The notes under the pieces were generated by a model, which was not told the origin of the DNA, did not search any database, and saw only the letters and a list, made by a program, of their open reading frames with translations. 64,000 nucleotides of DNA from Vermamoeba vermiformis (Eukaryota). The stretch lies in NCBI GenBank assembly GCA_045837725.1, contig JBEWZL010000227.1, positions 186,001 through 250,000 on the forward strand. Reading direction: 5' to 3'. The position numbers were made by a program, and so were the translations under genes. The stretch's first letter is position 1, and each line of letters starts with the position of its first letter. This document shows positions 36,993-50,964 of this stretch, piece after piece.

Positions 36993-37345
36993 ACGCGCAG
37001 CTTTAAAAAATGCTTTTGCAAAAGTTGATATATTAAAATTTACGTGTAAAAGATCAGTAAGAGATCTAAATATAATAAATTAATAAATAAAAACGAGCAA
37101 GTATTGCAAACAAGCAAATTCTAATCGAGGTACATTCACGATTTAATAATGCCGAATGATTAGAACCGTCAACTAGTATCTATCTCCTTCATCAGTACTA
37201 GTACGAAATTAATATTATTATTAATCAAGCACGTGTGATTTGCTGGGTGACCAAAAACATTGTCATTTTGCTGTGTCATCTTCACGCGACGGCACAACGT
37301 TACAATAATAAGGCCCACGTTCGTTGATAATTATTGGCAGTCATA

Positions 37346-38969
37346 ATGAAGAAGAAAACGGAGGTCCAGGTAACGTGGATTAACACTCAAAAATCTTTAT
37401 TGTCAAATTTTATTTGAAAAAACATAGAAAAGGGGTTAAAATATTATTACGTAGATTGTTGAATCGCATATACAATTATGGAAATGCCTGGAAAAAAAAA
37501 GAAAATTCAGATTTGGATTGGGCGAGTTTGCAGAGCGCTTTACGCCTAATTTATACTTCAAAGCCGAAGATAAATTAATTCTCGACGCCCTAGCATATGA
37601 AGATTGCCCGATAAAGAGCATCAAGCTGTTTGGACATAAAGACCTGTCAAAGAGAGCCTACAAATCCGTTGTCAACAAAGCTATTCAAATTCTGCCTATT
37701 AATACGTCAATTACATCGCTTACAATTGGTCAACTGACAGATAATTTTTTGACAATTTTACCGATGCTGATCAGCCCAAAAATAACCGAAGTCGACATCC
37801 ACCCGGTGAATCCTCCGGAAAAACTTACAAATGTAATTACTATATTAGACATTCTATCAACGAGGAAGCATATCACTAGATTGGGCATCAATATCGACGT
37901 TTATCCTTCTACACACGAACTGAGGAAACTGATCGAGCCATTGAAGAAATTTCCTAATTTGGAATCGTTTAAATTTGTATTGGCCAACTCATCAATGCCC
38001 CTGTTTGGACTTTTCGTTCTCCAAGTTATGGCAAAGACGATGAAGAATTTACTAAATTTGGGAATTTCATCTCGGGGCAGGATCTATCAATCATTCGAGG
38101 AAGAGTTTGTTTTCAATGGACTCCGAGGATCCTCCGAGTTTTTTAACAGCATCAACGAGGCACTATCAGCTAACCCAAATTTGGAAAAATTAACAGTTTG
38201 CTGTTTTTTCAATGAAAACTATCAGCTGCAATTACAAAGTTTCACTGAACGAGTGGCACTCTGTTCGAATTTAACGTACCTCAATATCTCCCACAATACT
38301 ATTCCTGGAAAAGTCTTATTGGCCTTGCTGACGAACTTGAAGAAGCTCAACACTTTAATATGCTGTACTTGCGTTTTGACATTTAGTGACACCGAGGATA
38401 ACAGTGAGGATAGTGACTACGACAAGCTTATGGAAATTCTTAAACGCCACAATTCACTGAAAACGATGGATTTCACTGAAACAGTTATACCTCATAGACT
38501 GCTCAAAGAAATCTTAAAATGCAATTCGACGGTAAATCGGATCAGTTTCCAAGTTGTGTGCAGCGTTGAAAGATACAAAAAGATATTGGAAGCATTGAAG
38601 TATAACACTAGTATCACTAGTTTTAAATGCCACCCAGTAATAGCGGACATTTCAAAAGATGAACGGAGCGACTGCCGAAGATTGGAACAGCAAGTTATTT
38701 TTCATAACAAGAATTTACTGGAATTTAACGATTACGACAGCGAAATGGAGTCAAACAAAGCCCTATTTATCCGCAACAAGATATCAATATCAGCATTCGT
38801 CAAAATATTCGCAAAAAGCACAACTACGTTCACGAATTATTTACCGATGGAAGTGTGGCTTAGAATCGCCAAGTTCATGAACACTCCTTGCTTACCTGAG
38901 GTCGATAAATTACTATTGGAGGCAGTACGATCTTACGAACAAAAACAACCAAGTTCAAAACACAATTGA
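37346..38969 (+). CDS. RNI-like LRR protein with a C-terminal F-box-like module (tandem copy 2)
   Basis: First exon MKKKTEVQ, then a long exon clearly paralogous to copy 1 (EDCPIK, ANPNLEK, HNSLKTMDF, YLPMEVWLRIAKFM). Confidence 0.85.
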
Positions 38970-39370
38970 AATAAATAAGTTCACGTAAAAGCTGTACGTT
39001 TCTTCGGATCCAATTCTTCACCATCAACGACATGCTGTTGCAAGGCTTCGTTCACCTGCATTTGTCCGCTGTGGCCTTACGTCAAATGCAATCTTTAGTA
39101 AGCGGTGCCCGTGTTGCCAAAATTTTTGGATCCGCTTTCAATTTTAAGAAACTGCATCATGTGCCGTATATTTAATTAAGGACACTTTATTTATGTGAGT
39201 TGGGTCTAATAATAATAATACTGTAACTATACTATACAAAAAAGCAAAATACAACGTCGAAGTAGCTAAAAAAAATAAAATAAAATTAGAAAAATGCAAC
39301 GAGCTTATTATTGAATATTACATACCACGGCTAGTATACTGTAATTTGCTTTTTGATATTTAAAATAATA

Positions 39371-42037
<2,667 letters not shown>

Positions 42038-42682
42038 TCTGTAATAATAAGATAATTAAATAAAATTCAGATGCGCAACTACGCTTCAAAATAATAATTA
42101 ATAAATACAATGAGTATAATTACATTAATATAGGCAGTGGGAAATAACCCTTTCCGCAGATTAATAACGATATTTGAAATTCGGAAGATCAGATTTGATA
42201 GTTTAGCCGCCTAAATCTTCGTGGCTAATGCTTACTTTTCTAGGAGCAGAAAAAATAATACTAGGTACTTGTGTTATTGTTAAGATAGGACTGTTTAGAA
42301 AACTAATTCAATTTGAATTTCCGTTTTGTCCAAAAGAGGAGGACATTAGGTCCGCAGTATTACGTGTTATCTTGGAAACAGTACAAGAGCTTGTTGCGCA
42401 AAAAATCAATAAGGCATCGATTAAACATGGTTGTCGGGCCACTGAAGCGCACCGCGAGTTAATCCGATCGGAGAATCAGATTCACAATCAAATTGCTCGT
42501 AAACAACTCTTTTGAACCAAAATATATGAATAGCGATCTATAGGAGTGCTTGCGTAATACTTTAAGACTTGTTTACCACATCCAGATTTACACCATAAAA
42601 ACACCGTGTTTTTATTTTAGCGCTTATTACCGATATAATTCATCCGAAATTCAAGTTATTTTATAATTCAATTAATTTTTCT

Positions 42683-44053
42683 TTACATGTCTTGTTGTTG
42701 TTGCTGTTGCCTTAGCTGAGCTTCTAATTTCCTCTGCCGCCGTCTAGACAAAGGCACAAAAAAAATAAAATTATAAAATTATTCGCTACAAAGCTAGTTG
42801 AAATTGAATATACTATTATAGTAGTATTATAAGCAATAACACGTACCTGTCTAAATAAGTAAATGCAAAACTTCCTCCAACAATCGCTGCTGAAAATCCA
42901 GCCATATATTTAGAAGCCTAAAGCATTATAAAATATTATTAGCATCGTATTATATCGATTTGTAACGATAACGCCCGAAAATTCAAAAGCAGATCTAACA
43001 TCCAGATCCGCGCCAACGGCAGGCGAATAGGGATATTAATGATATGGTAGTACATGTATAATATACATAGTGACTATCTATAATAAGCTATTTAGAGTTT
43101 GTTCAACACGTACCGCGTGTCCAAAATCCTTCTTCATAAACATCGCCACAAAAATCGGGACCATCGGCGTCAGTGTACCTGCTGCAATACCAACAGCCGC
43201 GTGCTTGCCTAATAAGGAAATATTAGCAATGAAGCTTTGCAAATGTTTCTTTGTCTCGTTGCCGCAAATAGTGTTTTAGTCACGTTGAAAATTTTTACCT
43301 TCAGGCAAACTAGCAATGCAATCTGCAACTGAGTTACCAACACCTGCTCCTACAATAGGCCCGAATCCCTATAATTTAATATTAGAATTGAAATCAAAAG
43401 CGGATCTGGTCGGCAAAAATTGTTTCTCGATCGGGATCTCAATTTAAATTTGAATATATCGTGTATATTATAATGAACGTACTCTAACACCTAGTCGTGC
43501 AGCAAAAAATGAGTCCAATGAAAAGCCAGTTAATATGCCAAGCAATAGCAGTGATTGATCCACCAAACCAAATCTCAAAAATCGTTTGAAATTGTCATTT
43601 TGCGTGAAACCAGATGTGCTATTTCGTATTTTTCTAAATAAAGTATTGTTAATAGTGGTTTAATTGCCAAAAAGCCTGGAATAAGCGCTCTTCGTGGATC
43701 TGATGCGCAAAATAAATTCATTATTTCATCAATATTAATTATTTTGCTATATTCAAACGTTCGACAATATTTAATGCAACAGAATGGCGATATTCACAAA
43801 TTATAATATCAAGCTGCAAATTAAATTATTTAATATCACTGTTGCAAAATAATACTGGACGTCCGTAAATCGCAAAATTATTATTTAGGCCATACAATTT
43901 ATAGAATAAATTCAAGATATTTTTTGCGCGCATTTGTAGGGCGTAATGAACGCAGTTAACTCACTCGATGAATCCGCCTTCTTGTTTGGGATCTGTTGAA
44001 GTACTATCCTCTATTGTATTAGATATAGGTGGCTTTTCTTGTACTTTATCCAT
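42683..44053 (-). CDS. Small multi-pass membrane protein, TMEM65-like
   Basis: About six small exons give RFGLVDQSLLLLGILTG, GPIVGAGVGNSVADCIA and further hydrophobic helices. The pattern resembles TMEM65 (GFxDN...GNxxSD). Missed by the ORF track. Confidence 0.6.
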
Positions 44054-45120
44054 ATTATATTACACAATGTCGTTCTGGTGGTCAGATCGAACAGAAAGAT
44101 AAACAGCAGAAATTTATGAACGGCGAAACGACGGAAGGACGAAAAGAAACCAGGTCAATTTTTTGGTGACCGGCACCGTGTAAAAAGCAATTGGTACCGT
44201 TCTTTTGAAATTTCGCTCGATAAATTTATCCACTACCGCTGCCTGGTTATTTCCCGGTTTAATAATTCTAAGAAGTGGGCCTGTTGACCAATAAATTTTG
44301 CTGTTACTACGATAACATCTCACCACCACCACGGCATTAATTTATTTTTATTATTTATTACATCTGGCAAAAAAATGACACAGATCAACGACACTGATCA
44401 GCGTGTGCGCATCAGCTCAAGCTTTTGTGAGCGCCTAAAGGTTTTATATGACCAATATATGTTTACTCCAGGTGCCAAAAGACAAAAACGGACCTTCTAA
44501 GACATCGAGACAATTGGAAGGCAACAGCAAACCTATTTACCTAGGTATGTTTGTTCGCAAATGGAATAAAATAAATTCCTTATAACAATAAGACACGAAG
44601 AATGTGCCTAGCACAGACCATGTGCCTAGCCCAAAGAAAACCTAAGGACCTTGGAATTCAATAAAGCAGCAGACGAAAAAAGCGAAATAGACGATAGAAT
44701 CCATCCGTGGCAAAATATTTCAAAAAGGCACGCACAGAAAAAAGAATAAGGAAAAAGAGTATTTTGCAAAAGACGCCCACGCATCCACCACAACGGAATG
44801 GGGAAGAAAAACAAAAAATGAAGAACATTGAAGAAAAATAGAAGGACCCTGAACGATTTGATTGCAAAAGATGAAGGCTAATATCAGATCACGTTATTGG
44901 CAATTTATCAAAGAATCGAAAAGTATTAAAAAGCATGAGTAAATTTGCATTTTATAAGAAATGTATTTTTTCCTTCTTTTCTGTTCATACTCTGCCCATT
45001 CCTGTTTCTTGTCAGCAAAGAACATTTTCCCACGATTGCTCTCCATTTCCAAGAACAACCATTCTAATCTTTCCATTCTTCCATGCAAACTCTTAAACCA
45101 TTCCTGACCAAGCAATGAAG

Positions 45121-45200
45121 CCCCGCCCGAAAACCCCCCCCCCCCCAACAACCCCCCCCGCCCAACCCCCCCCCCCCAAGACGGCCCCCCCCCCCCCCCG

Positions 45201-45255
<55 letters not shown>
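45121..45255. repeat. Poly-C / poly-G low-complexity tract, possibly a sequencing or assembly artefact
   Basis: About 135 nt of almost pure C flanked by noisy A-rich sequence. Confidence 0.9.
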
Positions 45256-45256
<1 letters not shown>

Positions 45257-45401
45257 ATTTTGAAGTGCCGTTGAGGAGAAAAGAAGAAAAAAAAGAGAGA
45301 GACCAAAACCTATGTTGGCCGTAAGAAGCATACGCCCAATGGCGGATTCCCGGGATGTACTACGCATTATTTTAGATAGTAATTATTTTTTTATTTTAAA
45401 G

Positions 45402-45833
45402 GTCGACCGCTTTTACGAGTCAATGCACCCTCCACTTATTCGACTCTAGTCCGCGCAAATCAACAATGGCCGACCAATTTGAGCCCGTGCAAAAGCTACA
45501 AATCAATTGCATTGAATTTGGACGGCAAATCGAAGTTTCATCTGGATCACTTGGACTATTTTGATGGTAGGCGGCAACAGAACTGTAATCTTAATAACCA
45601 AACGGTTATTTATAGGATACTGTCTTGTTATTCCATTTGGAAAGTTTACTGGTGGCGATCTTGCCTTTCCACAGATCAGCACAGCTCTTCAAGCGAAGCG
45701 AGGCGATGTGGTGTTATTCCATTCAGCGCAACTAGTGCATGGTAACTTGGATAATATAGGTGGCAATCGTCGCTCGATAGTATTTTTTACTCATGATGTA
45801 TTAGTACGACCGTACATCAAAGTTACCAAATAG
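45402..45833 (+). CDS. TET/JBP-family 2-oxoglutarate/Fe(II) dioxygenase, catalytic exons (5' exons unresolved, possibly starting near 44376)
   Basis: Removing intron 45567-45615 gives SIALN..KFHLDHLDYFDGYCLVIPFGKFTGGDLAFP..GDVVLFHSAQLVHGN..RRSIVFFTH, which contains HxDxxD, the distal His and RxSxVxFxH. Confidence 0.8.
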
Positions 45834-46208
45834 TTCGATCTGAAAAATTGATCTCCAAAGTTTGCAGCTCGTTCTTTATTACAAACCATCATCAACCAAT
45901 AAAAAACACATTAAAATGCTTCGCAAGAACCATATTTTTAACTATGCATAACTAATTGTATTACAGCCACTGTCATCAATTTAAATCTGCGGTTGAATCC
46001 ACAGTAGCACTTTTTCATCACACCACGAGTATGAAATTAAGAATATAATATATACGTGGGTAAGCGTAGTTATTGTGATATCATTTAGCACGGTGAGACT
46101 TTTGAATATTTGTAAGTGTGGTTTTTCATCGCGGATCACCGAAGAAAAGAGCTTGATCTTCGCTTTAACATAAATTTATTGATTAAAATACTTTAAATTT
46201 GTAATACA

Positions 46209-46757
46209 CTATATTCTATTTCCTTTAAATTGTCCATCGATAATATTTCCTCGCCATTTATCAACTTTGAACTGAATCGTGATCTCCTGTGCGTGCCAGT
46301 TATATTTGAGAATAAATGGGACCCTCCAGTTCACTGCTGTCATTAATAATGAGAAATCACTATCAAATCCTACACAACCGGCTTCAAGAGTTGGTAAAAA
46401 GTTTCTGATCGCGGCCGTGTCGAAGCATTTGTATGTGGTAATCAGCATGTAGTCCGTGTTAAAAATTCTTCTGCGATTTTTTTGAAGGGTGTAGGTTATG
46501 TTGTTCTGTAAGCTCTTACTGAGGGGTACGTGGAGGATGCGTTTGAAGATCGTGGTTAGCAGGCCATCTTTAACTTTCAGCTGAGAAACAAGTGAATCTG
46601 GATGCATAGCCGCAGAAATAAATGCATCGAGACGAATGGAGGCATCCTCTTCCTCGTAGGTTCTCCCCTCAATTTTGATCACGGGGATTTGGTCAACATA
46701 TTGTTTTAATTGCGCTAATCGATCTGCCTTTAATCTCCGAAGTTGTCTTGCATCCAT
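46209..46757 (-). CDS. Hypothetical protein, intronless
   Basis: 182-aa ATG ORF with globular composition, preceded on the minus strand by CCAAT and TATAAA. No family recognised. Confidence 0.65.
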   Translation of the reverse strand: MDARQLRRLKADRLAQLKQYVDQIPVIKIEGRTYEEEDASIRLDAFISAAMHPDSLVSQLKVKDGLLTTIFKRILHVPLSKSLQNNITYTLQKNRRRIFNTDYMLITTYKCFDTAAIRNFLPTLEAGCVGFDSDFSLLMTAVNWRVPFILKYNWHAQEITIQFKVDKWRGNIIDGQFKGNRI

Positions 46758-47166
46758 TTTAAATATATATACGCTTGAGCTGTGGTATTCATTATGGCTG
46801 GTGTGCGTTTATTTATAGGATTGGTCCGCAGAATTTTTTGGCCGGTTTTTTTCGTTTTTACACGGTTCTACGGGCGGACGATTGACCTGGCCGAGAATTG
46901 CGATTAACCTATTACTCCCTTTGAAAGACATTGTTACGCAGCTTAGAACCGCCACACGAAGTTACCATACTACGTTTCAGCAACAGTTACTTTTTCTGCT
47001 GATCCACAAGCATTACAGCAGCGAAGACTACGGTTATATGCGGCTATCTATGCGAGAATATTTATTGAATTTCACGGAGAAAGAAGACAAAGCAGGTCTT
47101 ATGTTTCTCTCTTTATCAAATTGATACTAAATATTATTACAAACAATTACATAATTATAGCTATTT

Positions 47167-48585
47167 TTAAACATTATCAACGGCATCAACGATCCTCGCG
47201 CTAATTCTCGCCTGATTCTTTCGCATTTCATCGACTTCGTCAACTGTAGTCTCGAAACTAGCTCCACAAGGTCTCGTTAACTTCTTAATATACGCTGTTA
47301 ATGCATATAGCCTTGACAACTTGGCTTGGTGCGTTCTATCGGGATACATCCGATTCCATAGGGCATTACACCAGGCTATTTTTATCGTCGCTATAATTGG
47401 TACCAAAAACGATAAGCAGCCCACAGCTACTGCAGCAATGAGCAATGGATTCGTTTGATCGAAGCTAAGGCACAATGACAGTAATATGACGAATGCTGTC
47501 GCTAAAATTGGCTCGAGTGTGGATGCTGCTTCAGCGGAAAGTTTGAACGGCTCGAAAAAGAACGGACGAACGCAAAGTACGATGCGTGCTAGTGTTGGAT
47601 AGAAGCATACTATTTGCAAGATCATAAAGGCTAGGAAAGCTATAGAACAATACACGAATTAGTGCGACATCCACCGATCGAGAATTCGTTAAATTCTATT
47701 ATTCGAACAGATAGAAAGATTCAACCTCTCAAGATTTCCATAAACGAAAGGAGGGTTGTAATTTCATTTTTAAGAGGTAAGAAGGAAAGATCAAAAGAAG
47801 TTGGGTCGGATCTCGTCAAACGTACCGTGCTGGAACGGACTGTCTTTGAAGTTGTCCAATACGAATCTGCCGTAAGTGAGCAGTATCATAACATACTGCG
47901 CGATATTGATGGACACCCAAAAGATGTAAAGCAAAGAAACCTTCGCTTGCGTCGATCCAGAAATGTAGACGTCTCCAATGTGCGTGCATTTCTCCTCTGT
48001 TATCGGAAAAGGAAGTATTAGGTACATTTGCAACGATTATATTATCCGATAATTAGAAGTAGACAAAATTACGACGAAATTTGGTTGGAAAGAACGCGGA
48101 TCCCGTTCCGTTTGTGCAACGAAATGGCCGCGTTCGCTTCGGACATTCATGTGAAGCGTTATTGATAAATAAATATTATATCATCTTTAATTTCGATAAA
48201 GGCCGCATTTTTCGACTGGATTTGAATTTTTCATAAGAAGCCAATAAAAAATAATCTTTACGTGCGCAAAGAACGTACCTATTTTTTTCCTCTCCTTATC
48301 TCGTTGTAATCTCCGCTTAATTGTCCTCTTTAATACGTGCAGAGAATCAAGGGAATCGTCCCAGCATAAGCCATAGAAATGTTTGTTGACGAATTGCACG
48401 CGGGTCAAGGACTTGGCGTCTAATAATTGGAAAATATAGATGGATATTTCCGGCGGGAGGTACTGTTATGCACGAGATAGTTAATTTTAAGTGAGTTTAA
48501 CGAAAATTACAAGATCGTTCGGATCGAGCAAAAGAGTACTTGCCTGCCAGTAATTGTCTGCTTTAGATAACCCAATAGGCTCCAT
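47167..48585 (-). CDS. F-box protein, possibly joined to downstream multi-pass membrane exons
   Basis: MEPIGLSKADNYWQ|YLPPEISIYIFQLLDAKSLTRVQFVNKHFYGLCWDD is a clear F-box. Same-strand hydrophobic exons lie at 47791-48033 and 47167-47655. The middle splicing is uncertain and this could be two genes. Confidence 0.55.
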
Positions 48586-48904
48586 ACTTTATCTTCGTGT
48601 GATCTATGGTGCCTACTTACTTGAAATGGGTTTGATAAAACGAGCTCACGAGACAATTTTTATCCTTTCCGAGCGGTCTTATTCGAGCTCCGCGAATCAC
48701 AGAAGTTGATACAGCACCACATTATACTAATGTCTTCTTATACTCGAACATGGTGCCGTCCTCCTTTTTGATTAGATCTGGGTACAAGACGAAATTTTGA
48801 GATCAACGATAATCGACCAGGGCTGAAGAAGATTATGCTTCAAAACCGCTTTATTTTAATAATTAATAATCAATAAGTTATAGATAAGCATACCTAAGTA
48901 AAGA

Positions 48905-49562
48905 ATGGCCGATAAATGTGCTTTTTGCAACACCGCCATCTGTTTCGGTGGAGTCGAAGAAAACGGCAAGCAATATCACGCTAAGTGCACTCCTTCTGCT
49001 CGAGGTAATTATTAAAATAATAAAATACATTAATTTATCATAATTTTTGGCGTGGTGCAACTATTCGTTGCCTTTCACCAGCACTCACAAAACAAATAAA
49101 ATATTTCGAAATTAAATTTCAATATTTGGGAATCTTTTCTCAATTGTGTGCATTAGGCATACATTTACTTTACCTTTCGTTCATAAATTAATTCAAGCTT
49201 GATTCAGGCGTTGATTTGGATGCCTTGAAATCTGCCCAAAAAGAAAAAGATCGCCTTGAAGACGAAAAGCGACGACAGGAGTACATTTCCAAGATGCCTG
49301 AGAACCTTGGCTCAATCGAGGTACGTGATAAATCCAATTTTCTATCGCTCACTCGTCAATCGCAAAAAATCTTTGCAAATCTGCGTGCAGAATCTTTTTA
49401 CAAATTTGCGGGGCCATTGTATACTGTCGCTAATACATATCTAATGATTATGAATAGGTTGGTGCTGGTCCTGACGGCAAAAAAGCCGGTATCAGAGTCA
49501 ATCATGTCACGGGTGAAGTGCGACTCGTTGCAGGTCAGCCCAAAGTTTCAAATCACCATTAA
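48905..49562 (+). CDS. Small protein with a single LIM-type zinc finger (half-LIM) and coiled coil
   Basis: Three in-frame exons: MADKCAFCNTAICFGGVEENGKQYHAKC..., a charged helix, and VGAGPDGKKAGIRVNHVTGEVR... Confidence 0.7.
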
Positions 49563-50964
49563 AAAGCAAAGAATTAATCGTTAATGTTCGGTTGAATATA
49601 AAATTGTAATATGTTGTATCATTGTAAGCGAGCGGTTGAGAATTTGTTTTTGATCGCGGGTGAAATCCGCCTTATCGATGAACAGCCGTCAAAAAGACCC
49701 AATAATAATAAGTACATAGCTGATTAGTATTCGGTGTAATGCTGATTACTTGGCGCACATTTCCGTCGGCGAAAATTTAAGCGGATTTGTAAACGATCTT
49801 TGTGTTTCTATTAACTTCAACGCCTTAGCTTCAACGCTGGTGCCAAGTGCTTCTATTAGTGGTAATCGATGCTTTGATGCGGGAAATAGTCCTTAAGTCA
49901 AAAAATTGTTGCTATTTTTACCTTTCAAAATTATGCGCCGAAAAGTCCCTTCAATTAACAATCAAAAAACGATCACGCAACCACAAAGAAACATATAAAA
50001 GCAGCTAGGAGCTATGAAGAGCTGTTAATAGATATTCAATCATCGTTTGACAAAATGTTCTGACTTGCAGACCTGCATTCACTATCAGAAACAATTAGAA
50101 AATAGAAGCGTAGTCATAAATCAAAAATCAAAAAAAGGAGTAGGCCGAAAATATGGCAAACATTGCTTTAGGGTAAATATGAATTTGACTCGAATTATAT
50201 TTGGATTTGAAACATAAAATATAATTGAAAATAAAGATACTCAACCTTTAACGCAGGAATAATAGAAATAGAGATGAGGGAAGTTGGATAGCAGTCGGTC
50301 AAAAGAAAACGGGCGTAGAAATGAAACCAAAGAAAAGTAAGTTCTGATTTCGCTCTACACGCATTCGCGTTGTCCTCAAATTTGTTCCCGCAAGCGAAAA
50401 TAACATGATATATGCATAATTTAAAGCATAGAAATAATATTTTCTGGCTCATACTCAAATTCTAATAGTTATTACGCAAATTTCTCAAGTTAGAATGATC
50501 GAGTAAATCTCGACGAGTAAGAATTATTTTGTGGGCATTATTAATATTCTAAACCAATAATATTTACTTAAAGGCTCGTATACGTAAAAATTCTTTTGTG
50601 CAATATGTTTTTTGTGTTTCAGAAATTTTATTATTTCCCATCCGTTTTATTTGTCATTACACATTTTTAAATTATAATTGTCACGCGGACAAAATCATTG
50701 TTTGTTCACGTAATTTATTTTGGTATTGTCCGGCGATTATATTGCCCACATATCAAGCTGCGGATTACGTTCTTAAATCCGTTGTAATTGCCGCGCGATC
50801 TTGTAACGTATTTAGACGCCCTCAGATAATCTTTTGCATTTGCATATTTGCCATATTATTAATAACTTATTTAAGTGGTATATTGGCATTTGCTAATTGC
50901 TTTATTAGGCTCTCCAGAGAATTCTTTTGGATCGCATCACTCGAGCCGATCTGCAGAGTACGAC

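Larger units (their letters stand above)
44150..46890. mobile_element. Candidate non-autonomous element with bipartite inverted terminal motifs, carrying a TET/JBP-like gene and an unknown ORF
   Basis: Left end CCAGGTCAAT-N15-ACCGTGTAAAAA (44150-44186). Right end TTTTTACACGGT-N14-ATTGACCTGG (46855-46890). No target-site duplication and no transposase were found. Confidence 0.5.

Noticed and set aside
44894-45367. Poly-Gly / poly-Pro ORFs (formin- or WASP-like appearance)
   Set aside because: They are only translations of the poly-C tract in noisy sequence, with no flanking domain.
44140-46900. hAT or piggyBac assignment for the inverted-repeat cassette
   Set aside because: The flanks (..GAAAAGAAA and CCGAGAATT..) give no 8-bp or TTAA target-site duplication, and no transposase motif is present.
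49600-50960. Long AT-rich stretch with hydrophobic ORFs (50195-50458, 50598-50975)
   Set aside because: Composition-driven ORFs with non-ATG starts. More likely the promoter and 5' UTR of the makorin gene.
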